A DNA stretch of 64,000 nucleotides from contig NIVC01001228.1 of NCBI GenBank assembly GCA_002269645.1, positions 124,001 to 188,000 on the forward strand, in the 5' to 3' direction. The translations under genes were made by a program, and so were the position numbers. The notes beneath the pieces are model-generated. The model ran no database searches, was not told where the DNA came from, and worked only from the letters and a program-made list of their open reading frames with translations. The stretch's first letter is position 1. Each line of letters opens with the position of its first letter. Positions 1 to 14,892 of this stretch are shown one piece after another. This DNA is from Macrostomum lignano (taxonomy: Eukaryota).

Positions 1-320
1 TTGCTGAGCCAGCCTCCCAGATCCCCAGTTGCTGGGCCAGCCTCCCAGATCCTCAGTTGCTGGGCGAGCCTCCCAGATCCTCAGTTGCTGGGCGAGCCTC
101 CCAGGTCCTCAGTTGCTGGGCGAGCCTCCCAGATCCCCAGTTGCTGGGCGAGCCTCCCAGATCCTCAGTTGCTGGGCGAGCCTCCCAGATCCTCAGTTGC
201 TGGGCGAGCCTCCCAGATCCCCAGTTGCTGGGCGAGCCTCCCAGATCCCCAGTTACTGGGCCAGCCTCCCAGATCCCCAGTTACTGGGCCAGCCTCCCAA
301 ATCCTCAGTTGCTGGGCCAG
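1..320. repeat. 28-bp minisatellite (GGGCGAGCCTCCCAGATCCTCAGTTGCT), runs off the window start
   Basis: Direct period-28 repetition. Explains ORFs 1..354, 29..343 and 57..374. Confidence 0.95.
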
Positions 321-1034
321 GAAAAACCGCTTCTACAAGCTAAGCAGCAATTAAATTTCATTTCCAGATATTGAACCCGAGTTTCTGCTGCTATCAACTC
401 TGCTTTTTTAACTTAAAAAACTTTAAGTCTGTCTTCAAGTAAAAAATTAACAATTCTTGTAGTTAGTACTTGTCTGCCTTTTATTTAGCAAATTTATAAG
501 GTAACAAAACGTGCATCTGCTTGGTATGTTCCCAGCTAATCTGTACAGCTTATAGCTCATGCCTGTGTAATTTTGTGTTGCCAAATATATATAAAATATG
601 CATAAAGTCAAGTTGGTTTATTACCTGTTCACAATATTCAGACATTAAAGAAACTTCAAACATAAATTATTGTGCAATTTTATTATTATTAATTCACCAT
701 AATTATTTTATTAACAGCAAGCAATCAGCAATAAGTATTAATTGAAGAGAGAGATTAATCGGTGCTATTAAAACTTACAGCAAGAAGTAATACGCATTTA
801 TGAGTAGAAAGACGAATAACAGGTCTGCATTGACATAAATCAAGAGGAAAAGCATGATAGCTCGTGTTATTAACAATGCGGCGATGGGAATGAGATTGGG
901 ATATCATTGAAGTTTTAATTATACATAATTGATTGGTTGTGAGTATGAATTACAGTTACCAAGCATTCTTGATATATGTTAATCTGCTTAAACCTTTGCT
1001 GTGGCAAATTAGACAACTACAGATACAGGATTCC

Positions 1035-1665
1035 TAGTTGCTAGGGATTTTCCACTGTTGCTAGGGATTTCCTATAGATACTAGGAATTTCCCATGGTTG
1101 CTAGGGATTTCCTATGGTTGCTAGGGATTTCCTATGGTTGCTAGGGATTTCCTATAGATGCTAGGGATTTCCATTGTTGCTAGGGATTTCCTATAGATGC
1201 TAGGGATTTTCCACTGTTGCTAGGGATTTCCTATAGATACTAGGAATTTCCCATGGTTGCTAGGGATTTCCTATGGTTGCTAGGGATTTCCTATGGTTGC
1301 TAGGGATTTCCTATAGATGCTAGGGATTTCCATTGTTGCTAGGGATTTCCTATAGATACTAGGGATTTCCCATGGTTGCTAGGGATTTCCTATGGTTGCT
1401 AGGGATTTCCTATGGTTGCTAGGGATTTCCTATGGTTGCTAGGGATTTCCTATAGATGCTAGGGATTTCCATTGTTGCTAGGGATTTCCTATAGATACTA
1501 GGGATTTCCCATGGTTGCTAGGGATTTCCTATAGACGCTAGGGATTTTCCACGGTTGCTAGGAATTTCCTATAGATACTAGAAAATTTCATTGTTGCTAG
1601 GGATTTCCTATGGTTGCTAGGGATTTCCTATAGTCGCTAGGGCTTTCCCATGGTTGCTAGGGATT
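1035..1665. repeat. ~20-bp minisatellite (TGCTAGGGATTTCCTATGGT)
   Basis: Visible tandem array downstream of the protocadherin stop codon. Confidence 0.95.
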
Positions 1666-1882
1666 TTCCATAAAAAATTGAGTTTTAATAGTTGCATAGA
1701 TAACCTATTTACTCATATATTTATATACCTAAGATTTTGCATAGTTACTGGGGCTTCCCCTTATAATTATCTATTTTTGCCATGCCCAACCATGATAAAA
1801 TGCCATTTTGATGCGCTGTTACATAATGAAGAAGCGAGCTGGTCGTACAATATATGAATAATGTTACACGTAAGTCAATCCG

Positions 1883-2142
1883 TCAGACGAAGCTGACTGT
1901 GAAATACGAGGACTTCCCTTCACCTGACGATGACGGTTGCGAGGGACGCCGTTTTGAGTCGATCATCATTTTCTGCCCGCTGTTGCCGCCACCGTCGCCA
2001 GGGTAACGGAAAGTCATGTAGGCATTTTGGACCTCAGCTGCTGCGGCTTGCTGATTGGCTGCCGGCAAGACTGTCTGATAGGTGGGCTGCTGGAGTCGCC
2101 TCGAGTTGGCGCCGTCTGCGTAGTGACTCGGGCCTTTGAGCG
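1883..2142 (-). CDS. Protocadherin last coding exon, ending in a class I PDZ-binding-type motif (SFV*)
   Basis: ORF 1883..2212. Acceptor tttactgtattccag|CG (phase 1). GC-rich coding-like island with TGA at 1885-1883. Confidence 0.75.
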
Positions 2143-2776
2143 CTGGAATACAGTAAATAAAATTGTTTGCATGGCTAAGGAAATACACTTGTATTAGTGC
2201 AGTACAGTCCAAGCGTACATGTATCTACGAGTATATAGTGGCAGGTGTCCAGAGGTAATTATATTGGCGGACCTCCAAGTCTCTTTGTTGAGTGTCCAAG
2301 GGGAATTACTGGAGATCGAATTTCAGAGGAAATTTTCGATGGGTCTTTAGGAGAATTTTTGTCGGTGTGCAGGAAAGTTATTGAAGGTTTTTCAGGAGAA
2401 TTACTGACGGGTGTCCAGGGGAATTACTGAAGTGTGTCCAAGGAGATTACTGAAGGGTGTCCACGGAAATTACTGAAGGGTGTCAAGGGGATTTACGGGG
2501 GCTGTCCAGGAAAACAGTCAATTACAGTACTGTTCATGCAATACAATGTCAAAGACAATGTACATGGGGGGCGTCAAGGCTTACAATCAAGTTGGGACAG
2601 ATTTATCAATTGCTTTCCTAATTTTATTTACGAGTAAATTATACATAACATGTCGTTCCACATTCTTTAGAGTAAAAAATCCTATTTCGCTGTAATCCTA
2701 CTATAAGTAAGCGATTAAAAATCTGAGCATAAAAATATAAACAAAATTAAAATAAAATGACAAGGCAAACTCTTAC

Positions 2777-2873
2777 GCATTCTACAGTCGTCAGCCAGTT
2801 CGAACAGCGAGTCCTGACCGCGGCTTTGCACCGGCTGCTCCGCACCCAGTGTGGCACAGTTGCCATAGCGACC
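2777..2873 (-). CDS. Protocadherin coding exon 5 (cytoplasmic)
   Basis: Acceptor cccctcacag|GGT and donor ATGC|GTAAGA. 97 nt, open in phase 0 to 1 (GRYGNCATLGAEQPVQSRGQDSLFELADDCRM). Not in this frame in the ORF track. Confidence 0.7.
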
Positions 2874-3234
2874 CTGTGAGGGGAGGGTGTTACATATATA
2901 GTTTTGAGCTTGCGTTTCGGTAAGCTTTCTGTCAATTATTTATGAAGAATTTTATTAGTTTAAAAGATACTGTGTAGAACATTTACACAGTTGATCAACA
3001 TGCAAATTTTTAGCTCGTAGTTTAATCGCTGAAGTGGGAATTTTTCGGACCCCCCTAGCTCGAGTGAATAAATGCATTAAATTATGAGCCTAATTCAACA
3101 ACTTTTTCATCTTGCAGTTTGCCAGCATTCAAGTGTATCGTCCACAATTGTTATTGCGTTGAATTCTGCATGACTGTGCACTAAATACACCGCTTCTGGC
3201 TAAAATTCTTGAAAGAAGAAATTCTAGACAGACA

Positions 3235-4720
3235 GGGAGATAGACGAGAGGGAGATAAATGAGAGGAGATAGATGATGTAGAGATAGATGAGAGAGAGAT
3301 AGATGAGAGGGAGATAGGAGAGGGAGATAGATGAGAGGGAGATAGATGAGAGAGAGATAGATGAGAGAGAGATAGGAGAGGGAGATAGATGAGAGGGAGA
3401 TAGATGAGAGGGAGATAGGAGAGGGAGATAGATGAGAGGGAGATAGATGAGAGAGAGATAGATGAGAGAGAGAGATAGGAGAGAGAGATAGATGAGAGGG
3501 AGATAGATGAGAGAGAGATAGATGAGAGAGAGATAGGTGAGAGGGAGATAGATGAGAGGGAGATAGATGAGAGGGAGATAGATGAGAGAGAGATAGATAA
3601 GAGGGAGATAGATGAGAGAGAGATAGATGAGAGGGAGATACTCGATAGATGAGAGGAGATAGATGAGAGGGAGATAGATGAGAGAGAGATAGGAGAGGGA
3701 GATAGATGAGAGGGAGATAGATGAGAGAGAGAGAGATGAGAGGGAGATACTCGATAGATGAGAGGAGATAGATGAGAGGAGATAGATGAGAGAGAGATAG
3801 GAGAGGGAGATAGATGAGAGGGAGATAGATGAGAGGGAGATAGGAGAGGGAGATAGATGAGAGGGAGATAGATGAGAGAGAGATAGATGAGAGAGAGATA
3901 GGAGAGGGAGATAGATGAGAGGGAGATAGATGAGAGAGAGATAGATGAGAGAGAGATAGGTGAGAGGGAGATAGATGAGAGGGAGATAGATGAGAGGGAG
4001 ATAGATGAGAGAGAGATAGATAAGAGGGAGATAGATGAGAGAGATAGATGAGAGGGAGATACTCGATAGATGAGAGGAGATAGATGAGAGGGAGATAGAT
4101 GAGAGAGAGATAGGAGAGGGAGATAGATGAGAGGGAGATAGATGAGAGAGAGATAGATGAGAGGGAGATACTCGATAGATGAGAGGAGATAGATGAGAGG
4201 AGATAGATGAGAGAGAGATAGGAGAGGGAGATAGATGAGAGGGAGATAGATGAGAGAGAGATAGATGAGAGGGAGATAGATGAGAGAGAGATAGATAAGA
4301 GGGAAATAGATGAGAGAGAGATAGATGAGAGGGAGATAGATGAGAGAGAGATAGATGAGAGGGAGATAGATGATAGAGAGATAGAAGAGGGAAATAGATG
4401 AGAGGGAGATAGATGAGAGGGAGATAGATGAGAGATAGATGAGAGAGAGATAGATAAGAGGGAGATAGATGAGAGAGAGATAGATGAGAGGGAGATACTC
4501 GATAGATGAGAGGAGATAGATGAGAGGGAGATAGATGAGAGAGAGATAGGAGAGGGAGATAGATGAGAGGGAGATAGATGAGAGGGAGATAGATGAGAGA
4601 GAGATAGATGAGAGGGAGATACTCGATAGATGAGAGGAGATAGATGAGAGGGAGATAGATGAGAGAGAGATAGATGAGAGGGAGATGGGAGTGATGGAGA
4701 GGAGATAGATGAGAGGGAGA
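3235..4720. repeat. GA-rich ~16-bp satellite (GAGGGAGATAGATGA variants)
   Basis: Visible tandem array in a protocadherin intron. Confidence 0.95.
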
Positions 4721-5324
4721 TAAATGTGATCCAGGCAGATCTACAAGAACCCTCCTACTAAACCGTTACTTTGCCCTTTCAATTGCTGTGCATGGAACAG
4801 CTACACAACAAAGAGCCAACCCCAAGACAGATGAGACGCTTGACTGCACAAAGCAAGCTATGGCAACTCCTTTCTACGTGTTATAACGTGTTCGGCAGTT
4901 GGCAGCCGAAGGCCTGTCAGGATGGCCAAGCCAATATTCCTTAATAGACCCGCCTCAGAATTGATTGTCAACAGATGACGCACTTAGTTCTCTTCGGTTG
5001 GTTGCTAAGGCCTGTTCTGTCTGCCTGGTGGTATGTAGGCGGCAACTGGGCGGCGGTGCTGTTCCAACTACAGGCGTTTTTTTTCTTGCTCGGCAAAATA
5101 CCAAAGTTGTAAAACCAAGTGAACAGGCCTTGGCTTGCCCGACTGTCTGTCTGTCTTTGTCTGCAGAATGCGTTCTGCATCACCTGTTCAGCGATGGCTC
5201 CTGTGTAGCTTCTGCCTTCTGGCTTTGCCTCGGCAAACATTTTCGGAGTCTTAAGTATGAAAGCTTTGGCACTTTACTCATTTCCTGGTTCACACTAGTC
5301 TTCTCCCACTGACACCTGCAGAGG

Positions 5325-6165
5325 TCTCTTCCCTGACAACCTGCTGTCTTCCCCTGACAACCTGCTGTCTTCCCCTGACACCCTGCTGTCTTCCCCTGAC
5401 ACCCTACTGTCTTCCCCTGACACCCTGCTGTCTTCCCCCTACACCCTGCTATCTTCCCCCTACACCCTGCTGTCTTCCCCTGACACCCTGCTGTCTTCCC
5501 CTGACACCCTGCTGTCTTCCCCTGACACCCTGCTGTCTTCCCCTGACACCCTACTGTCTTCCCCTGACACCCTATTGTCTTCCCCTGACACCCTGCTGTC
5601 TTCCCCTGACACACTACTGTCTTCCCCTGACACCCTATTGTCTTCCCCTGACACCCTGCTGTCTTCCCCTGACACCCTACTGTCTTCCCCTGACACCGTG
5701 CTGTCTTCCCCTGACACCCTATTGTCTTCCCCTGACACCCTACTGTCTTCCCCTGACACACTACTGTCTTCCCCTGACACCCTATTGTCTTCCCCTGACA
5801 CCCTGCTGTCTTCCCCTGACACCCTACTGTCTTCCCCTGACACCGTGCTGTCTTCCCCTGACACCCTGCTGTCTTCCCCTGACACACTACTGTCTTCCCC
5901 TGACACCCTGCTGTCTTCCCCTGACACCCTACTGTCTTCCCCTGACACCCTATTGTCTTCCCCTGACACCCTACTGTCTTCCCCTGACACCCTATTGTCT
6001 TCCCCTGACACCCTATTGTCTTCCCCTGACACCCTACTGTCTTCCCCTGACACCCTATTGTCTTCCCCTGACACCCTATTGTCTTCCCCTGACACCCTGC
6101 TGTCTTCCCCTGACACACTACTGTCTTCCCCCAACACCCTGCTGTCTTCCCCTGACAGCCTGCTG
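5325..6165. repeat. 21-bp minisatellite (CTGTCTTCCCCTGACACCCTA)
   Basis: Period 21 (multiple of 3). Explains ORFs 5180..6118, 5460..6476 (distal part) and 5575..6522. Confidence 0.95.
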
Positions 6166-6254
6166 CCTCTCAACGCTGGTTGTGTTGACGATGTCCCCGA
6201 AGCCGTGGCGCCAGGGGTGCCCGCAGTGTCCCACCGGGTCCCACAGTTCCTCAC

Positions 6255-6484
6255 CCCGACGCCTCCAACAGCTGCCGCTTTGCCATCGAGTCGAACAGTA
6301 GTCTGCAGGCCGGAGCTCGGCGAGATAAACTGCCGCTGCACGCCAGTCTCTGCGCTGCATTTCTCCTCTTCATCGATTGTCACGGAGTCGTCAGTGAAGG
6401 AGTCGCGTCTCTGTTGCTGTGGGCGCTGGACTGAGTGCAGCTGCGGGCCCGTCGTGGCCTTCGGCATCAGAAACATTCGGCCAC
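6255..6484 (-). CDS. Protocadherin coding exon 4 (cytoplasmic); 3' boundary uncertain
   Basis: Acceptor ctgactcaacag|GT (phase 1) matches exon 3 and gives GGRMFLMPKATTGPQ. Best donor is GGG|GTGAGG at 6254-6253 (phase 0), which matches the next exon. Coding-like sequence continues to about 6170, so a later donor is possible. Confidence 0.65.
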
Positions 6485-6519
6485 CTGTTGAGTCAGGAAT
6501 GAGGCGAAAATCTGGCGTT

Positions 6520-7180
6520 TAATTCTATTATATTATATTCTATTCTATTCTATTCTATTCTATTCCATTCTATTCTGTTCTATTCTGTTCTATTCTATTC
6601 TATTCTATTCTATTCTATTCTATTCTATTCTATTCTATTCTATTCTATTCTATTCTATTCTATTCTATTCTATTCCATTCCATTCCATTCCATTCCAGTC
6701 TATTCTATTCTATTTTATTCTATTCTATTCTATTCCATTCTATTCTATTCTATTATATTCCATTCCATTCCATTCCAGTCTATTCTATTCTATTTTATTC
6801 TATTCTATTCTATTCTATTCCATTCTATTATATTCTATTCTATTCTATTCCATTCTATTCTATTCTATTATATTCCATTCCATTCCATTCCAGTCTATTC
6901 TATTCTATTTTATTCTATTCTATTCTATTCCATTCTATTCTATTCTATTATATTCCATTCCATTCCATTCCAGTCTATTCTATTCTATTTTATTCTATTC
7001 TATTCTATTCTATTCCATTCTATTATATTCTATTCTATTCTATTCCATTCTATTCTATTCTATTCTATTCTATTCTATTCTATTCTATTCTATTCTATTC
7101 TATTCTATTCTATTCTATTCTATTCTATTCTGTTCTATTTTATTCTATTCTATTCTGTTCTATTCTGTTCTGTTCTATTC
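6520..7180. repeat. (CTATT)n pentanucleotide microsatellite
   Basis: Visible. Confidence 0.95.
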
Positions 7181-7582
7181 ATTCAGACCTATCACCGGCT
7201 TTGCACATATAGCATGCCAACTTAGCATAACACAACTTTGACTGCAAGACGCAATCAAAAGTAAATCTTGCTTTTTTCACGGAAATGTTGCCAGTTTTTG
7301 CAAATGCGCAGCTCCCTGAGCCACATCGAGAGGGTTGTATTTCAACCGGGGTAACATTTTGCTACATTGGCATCATTAACTGCAGCGTCATCATGTTCTG
7401 ACGAAGACCTCCACTGTAAAAGTTATCAACTTTTCCTGTACCAAAACTTCTTTCCAGCTTCGGGGGCTTCTCTTTGTGACGGCAAAGTTTTGCTTTAATG
7501 ACTGACTCTCGGTACAGAATTAGAATAAATTCGAACCATTGGATAGACTGTGAAACTGTACTCTGCTTTTCCACATCGCTTT

Positions 7583-7790
7583 CTGTCGTCTGCTGTCTGC
7601 TGTCTGCTGTCTGCTGTCTGCTGTCTGCTGTCTGCTGTCTGCTGTCTGCTGTCTGCTGTCTGCTGTCTGCTGTCTGCTGTCTACTGTCTGCTGTCTGCTG
7701 TCTGCTGTCTGCTGTCTGCTGTCTGCTGTCTACTGTCTGCTGTCTGCTGTCTACTGTCTGCTCTCTGTTGTCTACTGTCTGCTGCCTGCT
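7583..7790. repeat. 7-bp repeat (CTGCTGT)n
   Basis: Visible. Confidence 0.95.
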
Positions 7791-8254
7791 GTATTAGAAG
7801 TCACTCATTGCTTGACACAGGGGGAAAATCTCCAGGGAATCCAATGCAGATGGGGTGGTGGTGCTAATCTCAACCACCGTCTCAAATTTCTAATCTAAAA
7901 TCAATGTCGCTCTTTAATCGCGGCTCTAAAAATCTAGGAAGAGGTGGGCGATGAAGAGGAAGCTGGGTGAAAAACCAACAGCCTGCTGGTGATGAGGGTA
8001 TCAAACGCTTCACAATATGAGTCACGAACATACTTAGATTGTCAATATACAATATATGAGGCTAAGTCTCTTAGGGATTCAAATCGTGATCGTGATTAGC
8101 TCGCACCATTCAGACTAGCGACTCAATTCTAGCCATCTTAAGTGACTGCTGAGTCGCTTGTTGCTGAATTGCAATTGCTGTTGAAGAGATTCTTTTTCCT
8201 TTGAATTTCACCACTCTCAAATATGCGGCTTTTATCGCATGCTTCATTTGTAGG

Positions 8255-9290
8255 GCTTGCTCTATCTCTCCCCAATATCTTTCCCCCCTAATCTCTCTCT
8301 TCCTTATCTCTCTCTCCCTTATCTCTCTCCCTTATCTCTCCCCCCTATCTCTCTTCCTTATCTCTCTCCCTTATCTCTCTCCCTTACCTCTCTCCCTTAT
8401 CTCTTTCCCTTATCTCTCTCCCTTATCTCTCTCCCTTATCTCTCTCCCTTATCTCTCTCCCTTATCTCTCTCCCTTATCTCTCTCTTCCTTATCTCTCTC
8501 TCCCTTATCTCTCTCCCTTATCTCTCCCCCCTATCTCTCTTCCTTATCTCTCCCCAATATCTTTCCCCCCTTATCTCTCTCTTCCTTATCTCTCTCTCCC
8601 TTATCTCTCTCCCTTATCTCTCCCCCATATCTCTCTTCCTTATCTCTCTCCCTTATCTCTCCCCCCTATCTCTCTTCCTTATCTCTCTCCCTTATCTCTC
8701 TCCCTTATCTCTCTCCCTTATCTCTCTCTTCCTTATCTCTCTCTCCCTTATCTCTCTCCCTTATCTCTCCCCCCTATCTCTCTTCCTTATCTCTCTCTCC
8801 CTTATCTCTCTTATCTCTCTCCCTTACCTCTCTCCCTTATCTCTTTCCCTTATCTCTCCCTTATCTCTCTCCCTTATCTCTCTCCCTTATCTCTCTCTTC
8901 CTTATCTCTCTCTCCCTTATCTCTCTCCCTTATCTCTCCCCCCTATCTCTCTTCCTTATCTCTCTCCCTTATCTCTCTCCCTTACCTCTCTCCCTTATCT
9001 CTTTCCCTTATCTCTCCCTTATCTCTCTCCCTTATCTCTCTCCCTTACCTCTCTCCCTTATCTCTTTCCCTTATCTCTCTCTCCCTTATCTCTCTCCCTT
9101 ATCTCTCCCCCTATCTCTCTCCCCTATCTCTCCCTTACCTCTCTCCCTTATCTCTCCCTTATCTCTCTCCCCTATCTCCCCCCTTATATCTCTCCCTTAC
9201 ATGTATCTCCCTCTTTCTGATCTCTCTCCCTTATCTCTCTCTCTCTCTCCCACTCTCTCTCTCTCTCCCACTCTCTCTCTCTCTCTCTCT
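8255..9290. repeat. CT-rich ~14-bp satellite (CCTTATCTCTCTC variants) ending in (CT)n
   Basis: Visible. Explains ORFs 8201..9220 and 8257..9420. Confidence 0.95.
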
Positions 9291-10984
9291 CTTTTCCTTT
9301 ATCTCTGTTTTCCTTATCTCTCTGCTTTTGTCTTTCCAGTTTGTCTATATTTTTCCTTCTCCCACTGGGGGCCCCTTTATCTCTCTCCCCGTACCTTTCT
9401 TGTATTCTTTATTCTCATAATCTGTCCACATTAACACCTTTCGTTTTACGAGTATCCAATCCCCTGCCTTAAATCTGCAGCTGTCCCACTTTTTTTTTCC
9501 AATTCTTCCCTTTTATCTCTACAATTTTTATTGGCGGCCTTACCCGCGGGAGACAGCGGTGGATGAGACAGATGAATTCAAGCTACTGATGTTTTTCCTT
9601 GTCCTTCAGAAATATCAGACAAAAGCTCTGCTTCTTCAGGAAGGGAAAGGGACGGCTCGATACATTTGTGACTAGCAGGGGAAGAGGCAAAAAGAAGTGG
9701 GGGAAAGCCAATATTTTAACTGCCGGTGAATGAATCTACACAGCTAGGGGAAGGTGAAAAAATCCCCCTAGGTGTCAATACATTTCTATTGTTCCCCAAC
9801 GCTTTTACAAGCAAACGCGTTTCTGTTTCCTACAAAACTGGCTTTTCGACTGTTCAAATAATGAGGCTTCTTCAATAGACGGAGAATTGCTTCTTTTAGA
9901 AGCACGCGCAACACGAGCGGGTAATTAAAGTATATAGATTTTTTTCGGAACGCACCGAAAGATCCATCAATGTTTTCCAAGCTCTCCTCTCCTGTCTGTC
10001 TGCTCTGCCCGGTTTTTTAATCATCATCAGCTAAGACAAATAGCTGGTACCGCAGTTCCAGACTCTCCAGATTTCTGCTAAAACGTTTAGTTGCCAAGGC
10101 CAATGGGGGTTTTGGGGCGTTGAATGTTTTGACAGGAATGCTTTACGCTATGGCTGACTCCCTTCATTGGCCAGTAGACTAAGAAGCGGCATAAATCTTC
10201 GATTTATAATTAGCTGACAAAACAGTCAAAGCGGACCAGTTGGTACTGAATTATTGAAGCTACAGCTATCTGACAGTGGGGAGCTACTAACTTAGCCAGA
10301 AGGGTAGATATATCTCAGCCATTTCCCAGGGGAAATTTTTCCCCCTACACTATACTCTACCTAGTTAACTCAATCTCAATCAAGACGGTGAAATTGTTAA
10401 CTGTAACAGACACTGCTATTCAATTGGCAATTATCTATATGCCTCTGTGTCTATCTACTTATATACACATATATATTCTCCCATAGGATTAGCGCAAGTC
10501 TTCAGTGTCTGATTTGATTTGGCTCCCCGCGCGATATCCGTGTTAATTTTAACAGGATTGGGCCGGACTGAAAGTTGCTGTACAGAATGAGTGCACTGGG
10601 CCGCAGTGCAAGTCCTCCCTATAAGCGTGGATTAAGTCTGAGAGCTGCTTCGGACTGTCCGATGAAAGATATCAGTTGTGCTGGGCAAACTAATTAGGCC
10701 CGTTTCCTTCATCTGAGCTCAATCCGCCAGTCAGGCGAGTCTCTGTGTGAGGGTTGAGGGGTCAGTTAGAGTCGCAGGCCATGCAGCATTAGAGGGGTGA
10801 GAGAGAGTGACACAGGACCAGCGAGAGAGGAATATAAAGAGAGGGATGGGCATTTAATCTGCCAATTTCCTGTCTTAATCCGACTTGCGACTTGGGCTAA
10901 AACCCCTCACCCTATCCTGGCTTATAGCCCGCGGTTCTGGCTCTCAGCCACTCTCTGATGAGCCAAGTGCGCTGCAGATTGCTA

Positions 10985-12601
<1,617 letters not shown>

Positions 12602-13035
12602 CTTTCATGTAGGTTCCAGTGCCGCCGTATGCGGACGGTCCAGCAGCTTCCGAGGCCGCCGCCCTAGCCGCCGCGGCCGCACTGGCATCCTTCCTGAGCC
12701 TCTTGCGCAGCAGCACCACGGACAGAATAAGCACAGCAGCCAGGATCACGGATGCCACCACCAGAGCGGCAATCACGATGCCCTCGGTGTTGGAGCTTCT
12801 CAGCGACAGGTTGCCCCTGAACCCGCCGCCTCCCTTCGGCATCCCCGAGTCATCGATAGAGTGTCCGTCACCCGGCCTCGAAGGCGGCTTACGCTGGGAC
12901 GAGCCGCCAGGTGCGCGGTCTTCGGGACGGGAGCCTCCGGGCTGCCTGCCGCCGCCTTCGAAAGTCACCACGATTGACTTTCGGCTGACCTCGCGCGGGT
13001 GACTCGGCTCAAATACTTCCAGGTTGAGCTTGTAT
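12602..13035 (-). CDS. Protocadherin coding exon 3 (juxtamembrane, transmembrane helix, start of cytoplasmic tail)
   Basis: Acceptor ctaaaccccag|A (phase 2) restores the frame FAR-YKLNLEV. TM segment GIVIAALVVASVILAAVLILSVVLL followed by RKRLRK. Donor AAAG|GTTAGT (phase 1). Confidence 0.88.
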
Positions 13036-13069
13036 CTGGGGTTTAGGTTTTTATGGCGCATGAACAGGT

Positions 13070-13205
13070 TCAGTTGGATAAAGACTCTCTAGGAGGGTTC
13101 TGTTGGATAAAGACTCTTTAGGAGGGTTCTGTTGGATAAAGACTCTCTAGGAGGGTTCTGTTGGATAAAGACTCTTTAGCAGGCTCGGTTGGATAAAGAC
13201 TCTTA
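13070..13205. repeat. ~30-bp tandem repeat (TTGGATAAAGACTCT...), ~5 copies
   Basis: Visible, in protocadherin intron 2. Confidence 0.85.
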
Positions 13206-13356
13206 TATATACGGTTTTAGCTAATCTACTATGGATAAAGACTTTAGGTTCTTTAGATATAAACAATGATTATAGATTCATGGAACGATGGAACGGATAT
13301 TTAATAGAAAAGTCGGAGGCACATGCACATACACGGGTAAGAGCTAGTCTACTCAC

Positions 13357-14363
13357 CTAGCAAAATGGCATAATTTAGGAGCAGACTTCACAAAAATCTG
13401 TCCAGTATTTTTGTCCACAGCAAAACTGTGCCACTGTTGCTGCTGTTGCTGTCTGCCCTGCCGCCCCTGCACCACCTGCAGAGACAGGGTTGCCACCCCA
13501 GCTAGTCGGTAACTGCGCTGTTTGAAAGCTTCGCTAACATCCTCGTCGACAGCTTCCAGCTCCTTGTTAGCAATCGGCAGGATGTGATTCTCAACCGATT
13601 CGTCGCAAGTCACATTGACAGCCACCGGAGCGGCGGACCGGAACTTCGGCCGGTTGTCGTTGCAGTCCAGCACGCGGATCACCACGCTGGCTGTGCTGCT
13701 GAGCTTAGGCGAGCCGAGATCTGTGGCCAGAATGTCCAAGTTGTGCTGAGACAAACCAGACGGTCCTTCCAGGTCAAGTCGGCCACGGAGAGAGATCTCT
13801 CCGGAGTTGGAGTCAACTCGAAACAGGCGCTGCAATTCCTGCAGCTGCTGCCGCTGTTGCTGGCTGTGAAAGTACAGGGAGGAGAGCTGAGGCGGCGGAG
13901 CTAGGGAGTACAGTACCCGACCGTTCTCGCCCAGATCCCTGTCGGTAGCGAATACTGCCCCGATCGCACTACCAACGCTAGCGTTTTCGAATACTTCGAA
14001 GATTAACGGGCCAGTATGATTGAACTCAGGTGAGCAGTCGTTCACGTCTAGAATTCTTGCCGAGACTTCAACGGTGGCTCGGTGATGCTTTGGTGGTTCC
14101 ACTGTTGTAGAGGGAGCATCGCTGTTGCTATGCATGGATGGGCTGTCGATCCAGTCGATTACCGTGATATTGAAGCGATAGAAGTCGCGAGTTTCCCTGT
14201 CAAAATCTTTCGTAGTGGTCAAAGAGTAATGAAAACTACCAGAGTCGCTAGGGAAGCCTCCTTGATTCACCACCCGGAAATGCTCGGCGCCGTCCCCTGT
14301 CAGTACGAATTCGCGTTGCTTTGAAGAGCCGAATCTGTCCAAGTCTGGGTCGATTATTTTGAG
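13357..14363 (-). CDS. Protocadherin coding exon 2 (rest of EC5, EC6, EC7)
   Basis: ORF 13353..14402. Acceptor ttcccgcag|CTCAAA (phase 0) and donor GCTAG|GTGAGT (phase 2). Motifs ILDVNDCSPEF, ATDRDLGENG, VLDCNDNRPKF. Confidence 0.9.
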
Positions 14364-14394
14364 CTGCGGGAAGGCGTTTTGGATGATGGCCAGT

Positions 14395-14840
14395 GTGTAC
14401 ACTAATGGGGTGGTGGGTGCTAGTTGGGGCTATAGTTTATGGTCAGTGTGTAGATTGTTGGGGTGGGGGTGCTAGTTGGGGCTATAGTTTATGGTCAGTG
14501 TGTAGAATGTTGGGGTGGTGGGTGCTAGTTGGGGCTATAGTTTATGGTCAGTGTGTAGATTGTTGGGGTGGGGGTGCTAGTTGGGGCTATAGTTTATGGT
14601 CAGTGTGTAGAATGTTGGGGTGGTGGGTGCTAGTTGGGGCTATAGTTTATGGTCAGTGTGTAGATTGTTGGGGTGGGGGTGCTAGTTGGGGCTATAGTTT
14701 ATGGTCAGTGTGTACACTTATGGGGTGGTGGGTGCTAGTTGGGGCTATAGTTTATGGTCAGTGTGTAGATTGTTGGGGTGGTGGGTGCTAGTTGGGGCTA
14801 TAGTTTATGGCCAGTGTGTACACTGATGGGGTGGTAGGTG
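14395..14840. repeat. ~59-bp minisatellite filling protocadherin intron 1
   Basis: About 7.5 copies of GCTAGTTGGGGCTATAGTTTATGGTCAGTGTGTA...; explains ORF 14393..14791. Confidence 0.95.
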
Positions 14841-14892
14841 CTAGTTGAGGCTGGTTCATGTAGTTGCGGCGAGACACAAACCAGCAACTTAC

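Noticed and set aside
13061-13100. ORF-track start (MRHKNLNP) or ctag|AGA as the protocadherin exon 3 start
   Set aside because: The phase does not match the phase-2 donor of exon 2. The cccag acceptor at 13037-13036 fits and has a branch-like ctaaac upstream.
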